A DNA stretch of 63,819 bases, counting the filler, from Pelomyxa schiedti (taxonomy: Eukaryota; Protista; Evosea): assembly GCA_020536535.1 (NCBI GenBank). It is 10 parts of 10 records of this genome, joined end to end, with 100 filler letters (N's around TTAATTAATTAA, not from the genome) between each part and the next. Parts side by side here need not be neighbours in the genome. Positions count along the whole stretch, not along the records: positions 35,668 to 53,829 come from JAHLWZ010000319.1; positions 53,930 to 56,333 come from JAHLWZ010002004.1; positions 56,434 to 57,609 come from JAHLWZ010002736.1; 7 more parts are not named here. The stretch is one strand, 5' to 3'. The position numbers and the translations under genes were made by a program. Below, piece after piece: positions 45,895 through 57,709 of the stretch; within the stretch, counting starts at the first letter, position 1, and each line of letters begins with the position of its first letter. The notes under the pieces were generated by a model. It worked only from the letters and a program-made list of their open reading frames with translations, was not told the origin of the DNA and did no database searches.

Positions 45895-48670
45895 ACTAGG
45901 CAGAGTAGTGCAGCAGTTCTTGGAGCTCGGACATGTTTTCAGTGCAGAGTGTTTGAGGTTTAAAGCTTGTAGTCTTAGCATTCCACAAGTCAGCAGCTGT
46001 TTTACCCTGTCGTTCAACAGTACAATTAGTTGCTGAGATAACTAAGATTTCTTGTGTCAAAGCCAGCACAGCCTAGACATTCTCTAAGGTTCTAGCTTTA
46101 TACCATGGCTGTGTCTTCAGCGACTCAGGCAACTTTTGCCACAAAGTTATTTGTTCCACTGCCACCCTTTGTCCAGGTTTTTGAGCACCCTGCAAAAATT
46201 ATCAGATTTAAAGAAAAGGAGACAATACCCATTTCATTTGATCCACAAAGTTGAGGGAGGCATCAGGAATGTGTGGTGCTTTTTCTGCTTCCAGGATCAT
46301 GGTCACAACATCGCGGACTTAAGATTCAAAGTCTGCTCTAAGGCTTGTAACAATTCTAAAAAGGGTGTTAAATAAGCAATGGAGAACAAATTTCAACCTG
46401 TTTCAATTCCTCAGAGCAGAAAACTAGGTCTTTTGTATGAGGATCTAAACATAAGGCAGCTTTTGTAATTCAATTCAGATCAGTATTAACACTCAAAGAA
46501 AACCGTTGCTGAATTTCATGTAATATATTTTGGCGGCTCATTCCTCACAGTTCCACTGGCAGAGACAAGTCACAACAGAAGAAAAAGGTAACACAACTTT
46601 AAAATTCTTGGGGGAAAGTATATGGGTTGCGAAAGGCCTTGCTGTAAGGCTTGTATTGCCTGAAATGCCAAAGCTAAAGTCATCTTATTAGACTGTAAAT
46701 GTAAAGCTACCTTGTAAGAGTGAAAAAATGAAAACCAATAAAAGAAAACCTCATAAGGACCCTGTAACAACAGTGTTAAAGCCTCAAGATAATTCCACTC
46801 TGAAGTGGACAGTTATTTATGCTTTAGTGTAAAACCACTGTTAGGATCAGCAAGAGCGGAAGTAATCGGGATTCGTAGCCTTAAATGAGTCAATGAAGAC
46901 TTAAAAGTATACAAAAATACTTTGACATAGATGACAACATTAAGTATGTTCCCAACCAACGAATTCTGTGATTCTAAACAAGTAATTAACTATTACAAAA
47001 GTAAGGAACTCAAAGCATACAGGCTTTCGTTGGTGGTAGGGTTCTACTTCTGTGCAATATTGTTTCAAGATCTCAATTCACATAGGTGAGCGTCGAATCT
47101 TACTGACAAGGGCATTAATCTATTTGAATATTAAAGGTGACAAAAAAAAATTATCTAACCTTTGCAAGAAAAGGCTATGGTAATGTTGCTTGCATACAAA
47201 GGTTTAAACGGTGAGCATAGCAATGAACCCAAAGGTGGTTCAGCTGTCGAACCGATGACTCCATATTGGAAGCACCATCAGTAACCTTAACCTTATTACC
47301 TTGGATAAATCAAACTTTAAAGTGATTAAAGACCGCAATAACTTTCCATTGCCATTTAGTAATGATTGCCTGGCGAGTATGTGAAGGAAAAAGCTTTGTA
47401 ATTAAACAAACCTTAGTACAGTCCAAAATATTGATGGAGTATGTTTTTGGGGTAAGTTTACAACCTCCGGAGTAAATTGTTTACATAGAAAATTGTCATC
47501 CAGATAGCGGACTCGAAAAAGTAGTAACGATGCACCAGTTGAGAAAGTCCAACTGTCTTTCATGAGGATCACAGACAACTTGTCATACTTGCTATGCATC
47601 TAAAAAAAAATCAGTTTTCCCAATGGAAGGGTATTTAACATGTGTCAAGAGCTCTTGTTCAAGGTGTTGGGCTTGAGTTCTCATTGTCTCTCTGCTTTTC
47701 GGAGTGAAACCATTACCCCACATTTCAGGAATATCTGCTTTAGAAAAAGGCAGCATCCCCTTAATCAACAGTAGCGCTGTTCCTCCAATTCTTGTCTGTC
47801 TCTTTAAAGAACAGTAAATAAGAGTAAGATCTTACTAATACCTAGAACGAGTTATAAGAAAATTGTTCAAGGTTAAGTTCAGGATCTTTAGGACACATAA
47901 ACCCAAAGAAACCAATCCCAAAGTTATCATTTTGTCACCTTTTTTTTGTATGAGATAAGTAAACACTTTTGGTACCTGTAGGTGACAGGTTCACAGTTCT
48001 CCAGATGTAACTTTAGATGTGTAGTTGTACCAGATGATGAACTGAGAGGGCATAACTGCAGAATTTGCATTTCCAACGTGGCTTTTCATTTTGATAGATC
48101 TTGGTGAAGTGTTCTGGGTATGGCGATGGCTCAGATGTCCAGTGGTTTTTTCGTCTAGAAGCAGGTCTCATTGCTACATTGGTAGAAGTAGGATGTGAAG
48201 CAGCTGTCTCTCTTTCTTCCCCAGGGTATGTGTGGTGCACCTCTGGATAGTGTAACTTAGGTTGAGTTGTTAAACAAAAAAAAAAACCAAGGTAATGCAA
48301 GTTATTGTCTACTGACGATTGTACTGTGGTTGTTGATGACATACCCTCTCTAAGTGAAATATGTGATCACACAATGTCAGGTGTAGTGCTGAGGGTGGTC
48401 CTGACGTAACAAAAAGTGGAGGAGGAGGTGTTAAAGTTTGTATGGATGTGAGACAAGGTCTGGGTGTAAAAGCCAAAGGTGAACCTCCACGATGGCGTTG
48501 GGTACTTTGTGATTGAGATGTGCAATGGTCGGGAACAGCCGAAGCGGTTGTCACAAAAAACGGGTGTCCTTCATCCTCACGCCCACCAGATTTCGCACCC
48601 GAAAAGCGCTTTCGTAGTCAAAAAAAAAAAAATCGATTTGTTCCAACATCGAATATTCGTCCGCCCTTTG
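45895..48670 (-). mobile_element. Second, diverged hAT element in opposite orientation, degenerate and 3' truncated
   Basis: KPRWKCKFC (BED), MKDSWTFSTGASLLLFRVRY, VTDGASNM...CYAHRLNL and NCTVERQGKTAADLWN parallel the first element. Many stops. Only a weak TIR-like sequence at 48655-48670. Confidence 0.8.
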
Positions 48671-48748
48671 GTGTGGGGTAGATTAGTGAACACCCTTCTT
48701 TCTTTCTCTGGTGGGACTGGATGCAAAAGAAAATGCTATTTTTTTTTC

Positions 48749-50002
48749 TTATAGGGACTTGGACACAATTTGGGAGATGTTTGCGTGGTGGACTTCCAAC
48801 AACAAAACGAGTGTATAAGAGCTTTGCTCCCTTACTTCTATGGCATTGCCTGTTTCTACAAACAGGTATCCAGCTTCAGCTACAATTTGATGCCATGCAG
48901 GGAGGCGGCTCACCACTTGTACTGGCCTCGTACTGTTGTAAATGTCCCAGATTTCTAGGTTGTGTGTATCAGACCTATCAACAAGGAAGTTTGAGGGACT
49001 GAGTTGCCAGAGACCATCAGCAGGGCCTGAAATGAAGTTTGGAGCACCATATATTTCGTACACATCCCCAGCTGACCAATCTTCATTGAGCATCCTTATA
49101 ACGTAGCTTTCCGTGTTTGCTTTGGAGAAAATATAGCCATTGGCAAAGTAATAGTCATCTGCTGTGTACCAGGTTTTCACAGTCTTCACAACTATAGCTG
49201 GGGCCCTTCCAGTCGCATCCAGATCCAGAAGATATAACAGCGGTGGGGCATCCTTGGCAAGTTTAACAATAAGAGCAGCTTGGTCCAGAGCTGTAGAATT
49301 GAAGAAGAAGGAGGCTTCAAGAAATACAGCAGGAAGCTCCAGTGTGTTCCCCTTCAACAAAAAAGATGTACCATGCTCCGTGATAGTGTCGTTTCCAAGG
49401 TTCCCAAGAGTAATCTTTTTCACGTTCCAGTCATATAGCAGAATCCACCTTGAATTAGCCCCATATACCACAGTATTTAAAGACTCCCTCAGAACCTCCC
49501 ATTGGTGCCCAGATATAAGATCAGAAACCCAGAAGTTACGCGTACCGTTTTCAGAGCGCTGTCGATGCACTCCCACAATTGAATTCGGCTCCACTGCAGC
49601 CAAGCTGTCATACGGCGCCGCCGCGTTGATTCGTTGCGGTCCCACAATCCCAAGAGTGCGGCCGACTCCAAACGTCACCAACTTCACCGGGGTCCGCGCC
49701 ATCCTGCCCCTGCTCATCGACACGCAGAAAAATTTAGTGCCGGCGCACATGAAGCCGTTCCACAGCGTTCTCATCAAGAATCCGTTGTCAGCAACAGCTC
49801 TGGTGAACGGGTACCCCACGCCGCACCGCGGGACGGCGGCGGCGAGCAGCGCGAGCATCTGGGACCGCAGAGCACCGAAGGCAGCCGCATAGGTCGTCGG
49901 CGCAACCTGCCGCGCCTTATTCTTCTGCTTCTTGTTTCGCTTGGACCTCCCCTGCTCGACTCTCGGCTTCTTCTCCGGGGGTGGTTGCGCCGCGTAGCTC
50001 AT
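48749..50002 (-). CDS. PRCG-header family protein with beta-rich (propeller-like) C-terminus, intronless
   Basis: 417-aa ORF with ALRSQMLALLAAAVPRCG...LMRTLWN...VTFGVGRTLGIV, followed by short beta-strand-like segments. Confidence 0.75.
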   Translation of the reverse strand: MSYAAQPPPEKKPRVEQGRSKRNKKQKNKARQVAPTTYAAAFGALRSQMLALLAAAVPRCGVGYPFTRAVADNGFLMRTLWNGFMCAGTKFFCVSMSRGRMARTPVKLVTFGVGRTLGIVGPQRINAAAPYDSLAAVEPNSIVGVHRQRSENGTRNFWVSDLISGHQWEVLRESLNTVVYGANSRWILLYDWNVKKITLGNLGNDTITEHGTSFLLKGNTLELPAVFLEASFFFNSTALDQAALIVKLAKDAPPLLYLLDLDATGRAPAIVVKTVKTWYTADDYYFANGYIFSKANTESYVIRMLNEDWSAGDVYEIYGAPNFISGPADGLWQLSPSNFLVDRSDTHNLEIWDIYNSTRPVQVVSRLPAWHQIVAEAGYLFVETGNAIEVREQSSYTLVLLLEVHHANISQIVSKSL

Positions 50003-50267
50003 TTCTAGTTGTTAATTGCGTGGGGTGACAGATTGCCAATTGGTTTTATTATTTTTTTTTTTAATAAGGAAAAACTATTTGAACGAGTTAATAACACATG
50101 CAGGTGTCCCTGTCCGAGTTTATGATTCGCCTTTTTTAAGGTACGTTCTTTCTTTTTGAGTTAACCGATGGCTTGCTTATTTAGGCCCTCGAGGGTGTCA
50201 CATGGAAGCCGATTATGCTTATGATTTGCTGAACAAAATAATCAACGGACCGGAACGCTGTAATTTT

Positions 50268-50287
50268 CGTTATCGTCGCTCAGGATC
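50268..50287. other. Conserved 20-nt non-coding motif CGTTATCGTCGCTCAGGATC (exact copy at 59214-59233)
   Basis: An exact 20-mer on two scaffolds, in the same orientation upstream of two PRCG-header genes. Confidence 0.7.
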
Positions 50288-50546
50288 GGCGGTCTGGTGT
50301 TTTTTTTATACATGGAATGACTGTCTCCTTTCAATAAGCTTCACAGTTCATTCCTCAGTAAATTTGATGCCGACACTCTCCTTACTCTTAGTATTGTTTT
50401 CTCATGGAAATGGCTAGCGGAATCAAACAATCCCCCAGGCACTTGACCGAAACTACCAATAACAATCTCAAGGAAACAGCACCACAACAAAGAAAAAAGG
50501 AAGAATCACCGGTTTTTTTGATCTTTCTTCATAACCACGCGGTGTG

Positions 50547-52347
50547 ATGGACGATTTGTTTAACGGCGAAGGTGGTGATTGTGGGAGATGTGAGCACTGC
50601 AATAGGGGTAGTCTCAGGTGTCAAAATCTCATAGGAAAGTTTCGTTTGTAATGTAAGTCTGACGCGACACGACATGACACGCTTCCCCACACAGATCTGT
50701 GCCGAGATCCGCCCATGTTGCAATCAAAACTGAGCGTGTGCAGTGTGTGCGCCTGCGGTGGTGCCGACGTCTGGATCTGCGTAACCTGTGGGGAGTCTTT
50801 TTGCGCTCCGAGTACATATGACCATCTCGGTTCCCACGTGGCTGCTACGATGACCGAAGCGGGCGGCGTTCACGCGATTTATTGTTTGCCGTCAACTATG
50901 TACCAGGAGCCTGTGTATTGCCACTTCCGCTGCTTCATCTGCTGCAAAAGCGTGAACTGTGAGGTACCTATCTGGCTAATGTGGCTGAAATCCGTACCTT
51001 GTGGTCCCTATTTGTGCGCTGTGGCACCTGTGTCACGATGTTTCTCTTAGGTATTGGAGAGTATGAGTTATGTACTTTTGGATGTTGTGCCAAATTGGAA
51101 ACCACTTCCCCAAAAACTGGATGGAGACATGGAATATGATGAAGCCAAATTCCGCGAGTCTCTTGCTCCTAGAACCAGTGTAGGGGAAACCTCATGCCAG
51201 GTTTTTCATTCACCTTCTGGCATTTTTTTGTTCTCATTCAAACAAGAATTTCATGGCAGAACCAAAACATACTCTTATTTGGATGACAGGTCAGGCTCCT
51301 GTTCCTGGCCCTTTGGGACAGCCTGAATTCATCTTGAAGGACAGAAAGTCTTATGAAAACAGACAGGTGGTTCGGAAGTCACTAAGTTTTTGTATCCAGT
51401 CACTTGGCATACAACCACAAACCTTATTGTATGCATCAAATATGGGAAAGGGTGCTGATGTGTTTGGCGTCATTCCTGCAACCTCACTTGAATTCTCAAC
51501 ACACAATGAGGGTATTTTGTGCATTTTCTATCAGCACTCCTCTTTTCCTCACTCTACGTAGTTGTTGTTATAGGCGCCCATTGTGATAGCGTGTCTTGCC
51601 CTGGTGCCGATGATAATGGCAGTGGTATCCATACTGTTTCCCTCTTCATTGTTCACACCGTTTTAAAGGTAGTGCTGCTGTTCTACAGATCGCTGATGCT
51701 GTTGTTCGTATGAGAATACGTAAGGTAGTTCTCAGCCTGTAGTATATCCTTCTTCAACAGTTTGGCGTAGCGTGCCACCTTGATTGTATTTTTTGACCAA
51801 GAGGAGTGTGGACTCGTGGGAAGTCGTTACTTTGCCAGGTAGGAGGACATTTTGTTGTTATTCCAACTTTTCATGAAGATTTTTGCATAAAGTGGAATCA
51901 TTGTCCAAAATCCACAGTGTTCACACCGTTGATATGATTGGGTACTCTTTTTCTCTTTTTTTTGGATATTTTTAATTGGTTGAACCAAGCTACAACTATA
52001 AGTGGCAGATAGCTCTGTTCAACCCACACCCGGGTCTTATAGAGATGTATACACACACCTATGCGGAGCAGGACCCAAGACTTAAAGTTTTACCCCACAC
52101 ACTCGCCGGAATTTCTGATTTCCTCAGCTTTCCTGGTGTGCCATTATTCCCTTTTCAACACTGGGTGTCTCACACCCCTCCAGATTTTGTATGCACTGGC
52201 CTTGGAGAGCCCAAGCTTGACTCCGGCACCGTCTCCAATCCCAACCACCACAAGCCAACTGACACCATAGAGACCATTGACTTTGACTACCTGCGTGCCA
52301 ACATTTCCCTTGTGCTAGCTGTGGTGTCCTTCCTTCTCACACCCTGA
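50547..52347 (+). CDS. ZnF-UBP-like zinc finger fused to M28 family metallopeptidase, multi-exon
   Basis: N-terminus CEH...CSVC...WICVTCGESFC...HLGSH...HAI...CFIC. M28 motifs VVIGAHCDS, PGADDNGSG, FDQEECGLVGS, VDMIG, SDFLSF and HHKPTDT. Confidence 0.75.
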
Positions 52348-52530
52348 AGATTTTGTACGAGATTTTATCTGTTGTAACCTCAAAAAAAACCCATATGAAC
52401 ACATTGCACCTCTTTAAGTCCCATTTGCCAACTAACATTGTACTGGATAGAGCACAGGCAGTACCAACATCTCATTAAAATCTTAAATTTTCGGCCTGTG
52501 AACCAACCACAAATACTAATAGATTGGTGA

Positions 52531-52728
52531 TTGATGAGCGGCGGAGCGGTGCCTACGTCGTCAGGGAATGCAGCGGCCACCACAACAACTACATCGACGA
52601 CGACCACCACGTCCTCTTCGGCGGTTGCGAGGCCCCCGCCGCCGAAATTAATTATGGCACGGACGGTGGGAAAGCCAAAAAAGAGGAGGGGCTCCGTGTG
52701 GCTGGGAAAAGTCCCAAAATACCTACTG
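52531..52728 (+). CDS. 5' fragment of an unidentified gene cut by an N-gap
   Basis: GC-rich open frame MSGGAVPTSS...MARTVGKPKKRRGSVWLGKVPKYLL. Confidence 0.35.
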
Positions 52729-52829
52729 GNNNNNNNNNNNNNNNNNNNNNNNNNNNNNNNNNNNNNNNNNNNNNNNNNNNNNNNNNNNNNNNNNNNNNNN
52801 NNNNNNNNNNNNNNNNNNNNNNNNNNNNN

Positions 52830-53290
52830 TAACAGGTCCTTCAAACACAGGCCTCAATATGGCCAACACACCCGCAACAACCACTGCAACAACCAGCACA
52901 TCCACATCAGCCAACAACAACATCACCACACAATTACCCCCACCACCATCGCACACACCACCCCAGGGCAGGGCATTCTACACACCAACCCAGTACATAC
53001 CAACACACAATGGCACAAACCCACAAAACAACAACATGGGCCCAGTCACCACACAGCAACAAACCACACCATCACAAACCCCCAATGTAACCACACTTGG
53101 TGTGGATGGCTCTTCAACAAACACCACATCAAGTGGTGTTGGGGTCTCAGCTGCACCACAGACCAGGACATCCTCAGCTCCCCCACATGGCCAAAGTCGT
53201 TTTGCTGGCTTTCTCAGACACCACAACAATTCCTGACTAACCCAAACCCTATCAACAAAATCCCACTGTAGAAACTTTTTTTTTTTACTG
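52830..53290 (+). repeat. Second copy (allele or paralog) of the CK1 last exon and 3' flank
   Basis: Near-identical to about 41509-41970. Five coding SNPs were seen, all synonymous. Confidence 0.9.
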
Positions 53291-53940
53291 TGGTCCATAC
53301 AATACTGACTACATAACTCCAAATGATTGGATTTGTGGACCTGAGGTTGAAAACATTTTCATAGCTGTAGTCTTTAGGGGTAGCAGGATCTGCTTAGAAA
53401 AAGCCCACTACAAGCAAAGAAAATGAGATACAACCTGTAGCCTTGTTGTATGCAACACAAAGCCTTTTTGCAGAGTCCGCCAGCACTTTGGGTAATAAAA
53501 ACAAGCAAGCAAAAGGGGCAACCAGCAAAAAACACTACCAACGGTAGTGTTTTTTGCTGGAGACATTACAACTGAAGGGTGCTGCTCCCCTATTACACTC
53601 ACTCCACCATGCAGTTGGTTGATCAAAGGGAAAAAAAAAAACCCTGGGGCGAGAGGCGTGTTCTGGGAGTTGATCCCAGGACCATATAGCAATTCGTTAA
53701 CGAATTGTCCTGTTTTACCAGGAAATCCCCTCTGAGGCAACTTAACTGGGGAAAAGAGACATGGAACGTTGCGCATTTTGTGTTTGTTTTGTTGGGCTCA
53801 CTAAATTTCATTTTTTCGGTCAATCACGCNNNNNNNNNNNNNNNNNNNNNNNNNNNNNNNNNNNNNNNNNNNNTTAATTAATTAANNNNNNNNNNNNNNN
53901 NNNNNNNNNNNNNNNNNNNNNNNNNNNNNTTGCTTCTATT

Positions 53941-54868
53941 TTATTGCTTCTTGAGAACAACACGAGCAGCAGCTGAGAAGACATCACCCAGACCTGTAAT
54001 TTGTTAGGGGTGAATGTGTGATTGTGAATGTGAAAGCAACCTTGTTGATTGCGTGCTGAGCAAGTGTTGTAACTCCTTGCTCCGATCATTTGTGCCACCA
54101 CTTCTGGAGACAGTCCGGACTGACCTTTGGTTGAACCTGCCGTTCCTGGGTGTGTGGTGTAAGTTATTATAGGTATTATAGCTTGTAATAGTATTCTCCA
54201 TACCGAGATCCGATTTCGTTCCAACAAGCATAATTGCGGCATCTGGGCAGTGGTGTTTAACCTCAGGTGCCCATTTGTTGACAACCGATTCCAGAGAATC
54301 GGCAGAATCCAGAGAAAAACAAATCAAGAATACCTGCGATTCGTTTCTTTGTGGTCTGAAGTATTCGAGAGAAAGGTACATCGGTGTTGGGGTATGAGAG
54401 CGGTCGGAGTGAGTCATAATCCTCGAGTGCGACAGTGTCCCACACTTTGTTGCATTAAAGAGAGGTATATATTAGTTCACTCACGAGGGTAGACCCAGCA
54501 TACATGCAATGTTAACTCCTCGGTCATCAACCGTAATGAATGTGCTGTAGTTATCCTGTGTAATGAGCCAGATTACAGTAAAAAAATGGGAAACACACAA
54601 AAACGGTTGGTATGTAGTCAGAAGGGAAAGAACCGTTTATGTAGGTGACGAGCAGGCATGTCTGGGCGAAAAGATTTCGTGAGAATTCAAGTTGAAGTGA
54701 ATTGAGTGTTTAATTACACAGGCACACCTTCCCAACGGCGGTGTCACCCACAATTACAATCTAAAAGTGGTGAGTCGAGTCATTCCCCGCACAGTCATAA
54801 TAATGGGAGATAAAAAGATGGTGGTTCAGACTCACCTTCCCAGATCGCACTTCACTTTCCCCGGACAT
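53941..54868 (-). CDS. Atypical Rho/Rac-family small GTPase lacking CAAX, multi-exon
   Basis: Spliced: [29 protein letters not shown]...YIPTVF-DNY...[28 protein letters not shown]...VGTKSDL...[24 protein letters not shown] stop. Confidence 0.85.
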
Positions 54869-55012
54869 TGTTTTTGCTGCCCACGACGAACGCGTGTTTG
54901 TCTGATCGCCAGGAATTTTATGTTTTCTTACACGATGAAGTACAAACTTTCCCAGACTGTTTTTTTACGGCACGCATCAGATTGATGGTGTCAAGTCACC
55001 TTTTTATTTTCC

Positions 55013-56317
55013 TCAATCCCCTGAATGCCACCCTAACCCACTGAGTAAAGTGGCAAGCGTGTCAAGGGCATCCTTGAAGTTTTTCTCTGCAGCCAACTTG
55101 TAAAATGAGACAGCTGTCCTGGTGTCCTTCTGAACACCACATCCATTCCGGTAACACTCTCCAAGTGCGAAGATTGCATTGGGCAGTCCTGCATTTGCAG
55201 CTTTGAAGTAATGTGACACCGCCTGTGCCTTGTCTATTTCAACGCCATTACCATTCTCATAGCACACTCCAAGGTTGAACAGTGCAGTCACGTGACCACC
55301 ATTGGCAGCCCTCCTGTAAAGTGACACAGCCACTCGGTCGTCCTTGTCCAAACCACCAAAGCCGTGGTGGTAATACACACCAAGGCTGAAAAATGCCGCA
55401 GGAATTCCAGCATCAGCAGCCCTTCTATAAAATGACAATGCACGGGTCATGTCCTTTCTCACACCCTCACCATTGTGGTAACAAAATCCAAGGTTCAGAA
55501 TGGCACTCTCATTGCCACCGGCAGCAGCCCTCCTGTAAAGCGACACTTCCTTCTTGAGATCCCTGTCAACTCCCTTCTGGCCATTGCCGTAACGACAACC
55601 AAGGTTGAACTGTGCAGTGGAATCTCCAGCCTCAGCAGCCCTCATGAGAAGTTGCAGTGCCTGGTTGGTGTCCTTTTCAACACCACGGCCATTGTCATAA
55701 CACAAACTGAGTTGGAGCATCGCCGAGGAATTCCCAGCATCAGCAGCCTTCCTGCAGAGCATTGCAGCCTGGTTCAGGTCTTTGTCAACACCAGTCCCAT
55801 TTTTGTAGCTGATACCAAGGTTGAACATTGCCTTTGTGTTTCCAGACTCAGCAGCACGCCTGTAATGTGACACAGCCTGATGTGCATCCTTGTAACCACA
55901 AGAGCCATAGTCGAGACACACTCCAAGGGCATTTTCAGCCATAGAATTCCCGGCATCTGCAGCTCTTTGCAGGAGACACAGTGCCCTGTTGGGGTCTTTG
56001 ACCAAACCACAAATTCCAGCCTTGCAACAGACACCAAGAAGTACCAGTGAGGATGATGACAATAGTTGCGGAACTTGTTCAGATCCACTGCCAATCTCAC
56101 TGCTCCGAGTCGACAGTTCCAACCAAAGAGGTTCACATGAAATTTTCTTGGAGGTGAACGTGGTCCACACGGCAACGTACAACTTGTGTGCCCACCAGCC
56201 TGGTTCACTGACACTTCGAGTGCATTCCTCTCTTGAAACAATGTCACTCCACTCTTCTGAATACCTCGCCATGCTGATGTTTTCTGAGACACTCTGGCAG
56301 TAGTCTCTCATTTCCAA
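55013..56317 (-). CDS. Sel1-like repeat protein, intronless, possibly 5' partial
   Basis: About 8-9 tandem 36-aa repeats of the type A...Y..AA..G...A.FNLG.CY..G.GV.KD. Confidence 0.93.
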   Translation of the reverse strand: MEMRDYCQSVSENISMARYSEEWSDIVSREECTRSVSEPGWWAHKLYVAVWTTFTSKKISCEPLWLELSTRSSEIGSGSEQVPQLLSSSSLVLLGVCCKAGICGLVKDPNRALCLLQRAADAGNSMAENALGVCLDYGSCGYKDAHQAVSHYRRAAESGNTKAMFNLGISYKNGTGVDKDLNQAAMLCRKAADAGNSSAMLQLSLCYDNGRGVEKDTNQALQLLMRAAEAGDSTAQFNLGCRYGNGQKGVDRDLKKEVSLYRRAAAGGNESAILNLGFCYHNGEGVRKDMTRALSFYRRAADAGIPAAFFSLGVYYHHGFGGLDKDDRVAVSLYRRAANGGHVTALFNLGVCYENGNGVEIDKAQAVSHYFKAANAGLPNAIFALGECYRNGCGVQKDTRTAVSFYKLAAEKNFKDALDTLATLLSGLGWHSGD

Positions 56318-56433
56318 CGGGGAATAAGAGAGGNNNNNNNNNNNNNNNNNNNNNNNNNNNNNNNNNNNNNNNNNNNNTTAATTAATTAANNNNNNNNNNN
56401 NNNNNNNNNNNNNNNNNNNNNNNNNNNNNNNNN

Positions 56434-57561
56434 CTGGTGGTCGATCAAAGAAGGGTGAGTGACTCGGCATGGGGTGTTGAGGTTGTCTGTGCTGTAAATG
56501 TGCATAGCCTGTTTCCCGATGTGCTGTACGCCTATGTGCCTGGCTCCAAGAGAATGAATTCCTCCCACCTTGCCGTAGTTGTGCTTCTCACCTGTCACAG
56601 TGTTGAAGACAGTGCCATCAAGGAGAATAACACAGACAGGCTCTGAGGTTGTCAAACTCACAACACGAGCACTTGGAGGGACTGGGACTGAGACCTCTTT
56701 CTTGACAACGAGAGAATTCCTCTGCTGCACTGTGGCCTCCATGTCGATGTACCACAAGCTATTTCTCCCATTGTATGTGGGAATCTCGGGACAGCACAGC
56801 AGCAGATTGGAATCTTCAGAAGAGAAGGATAAGCAGGACCCAGAAAACTCCCCAAGCCTTCCGTCATAAATGACGCAGTGCCCTCCTACTCCCCCTTCGA
56901 CTTCCTCCAGTCCTCCATCGTCCCGTTGAGGAGGAATAGCCACCGCTGCGCCATCCACCACTCTCCACACATGCAGAGTGTAACCAACTTGCAGAACCAC
57001 CCAGCGAAGGTTGCAGCACACCCCGCGAACCCACCGCCCACTCCCCCCCCTCACAAGCAGGGTGGCGCGCACCGCGCCGCCACTCGTCCCCTCGACCACC
57101 CTCACCAGCGTCCTGGAAGCGCAGGTGGTCCTGACCACGAACCTATCTGGCCCGATGCACCCGCACACATCCTCGCAGAGGGGCGCTGCGCTGCGTGGGT
57201 CGTCGGCGACGGCCACAGGCAGCAGCCTCCCGCGGGGGTCCGCGGCGCGCCAGCATCCCCACCCGCGCCGCGACACGCCCAGAGTGGCGGACAGGCCCAA
57301 GAACACGTGCACATCCGGCCCGCCTGGCCAATGCTCGTGCACAGTGAACGCCACAATCTTGGCCGGCGACACCACCCATAATCGGCCAAACTCGGACACG
57401 GCCGAGGGGCTGCCGCCCAGCACCGCGACCGCGCAGCGCGCCGTCGGCCCTAGTACTGGCCCCGCCCCCGCGCCCGCGCCCGCGCCCGCGCCGCCGCCGC
57501 GGCACCTCGGGATCAAGCAGCCGGCGGCAAACGCCACGAACTGGTCGATTGCGGAAGCCAA
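56434..57561 (-). CDS. PRCG-header family protein, 3' partial
   Basis: AIDQFVAFAAGCLIPRC...EFGRLWV...VFLGLSATLGVS, then a beta-rich region running into the scaffold end. Confidence 0.7.
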
Positions 57562-57709
57562 GACTGTTATCGATGGCGGTGGCGTCGTCCTGGGTCTCTT
57601 CGGCTGCGTNNNNNNNNNNNNNNNNNNNNNNNNNNNNNNNNNNNNNNNNNNNNTTAATTAATTAANNNNNNNNNNNNNNNNNNNNNNNNNNNNNNNNNNN
57701 NNNNNNNNN

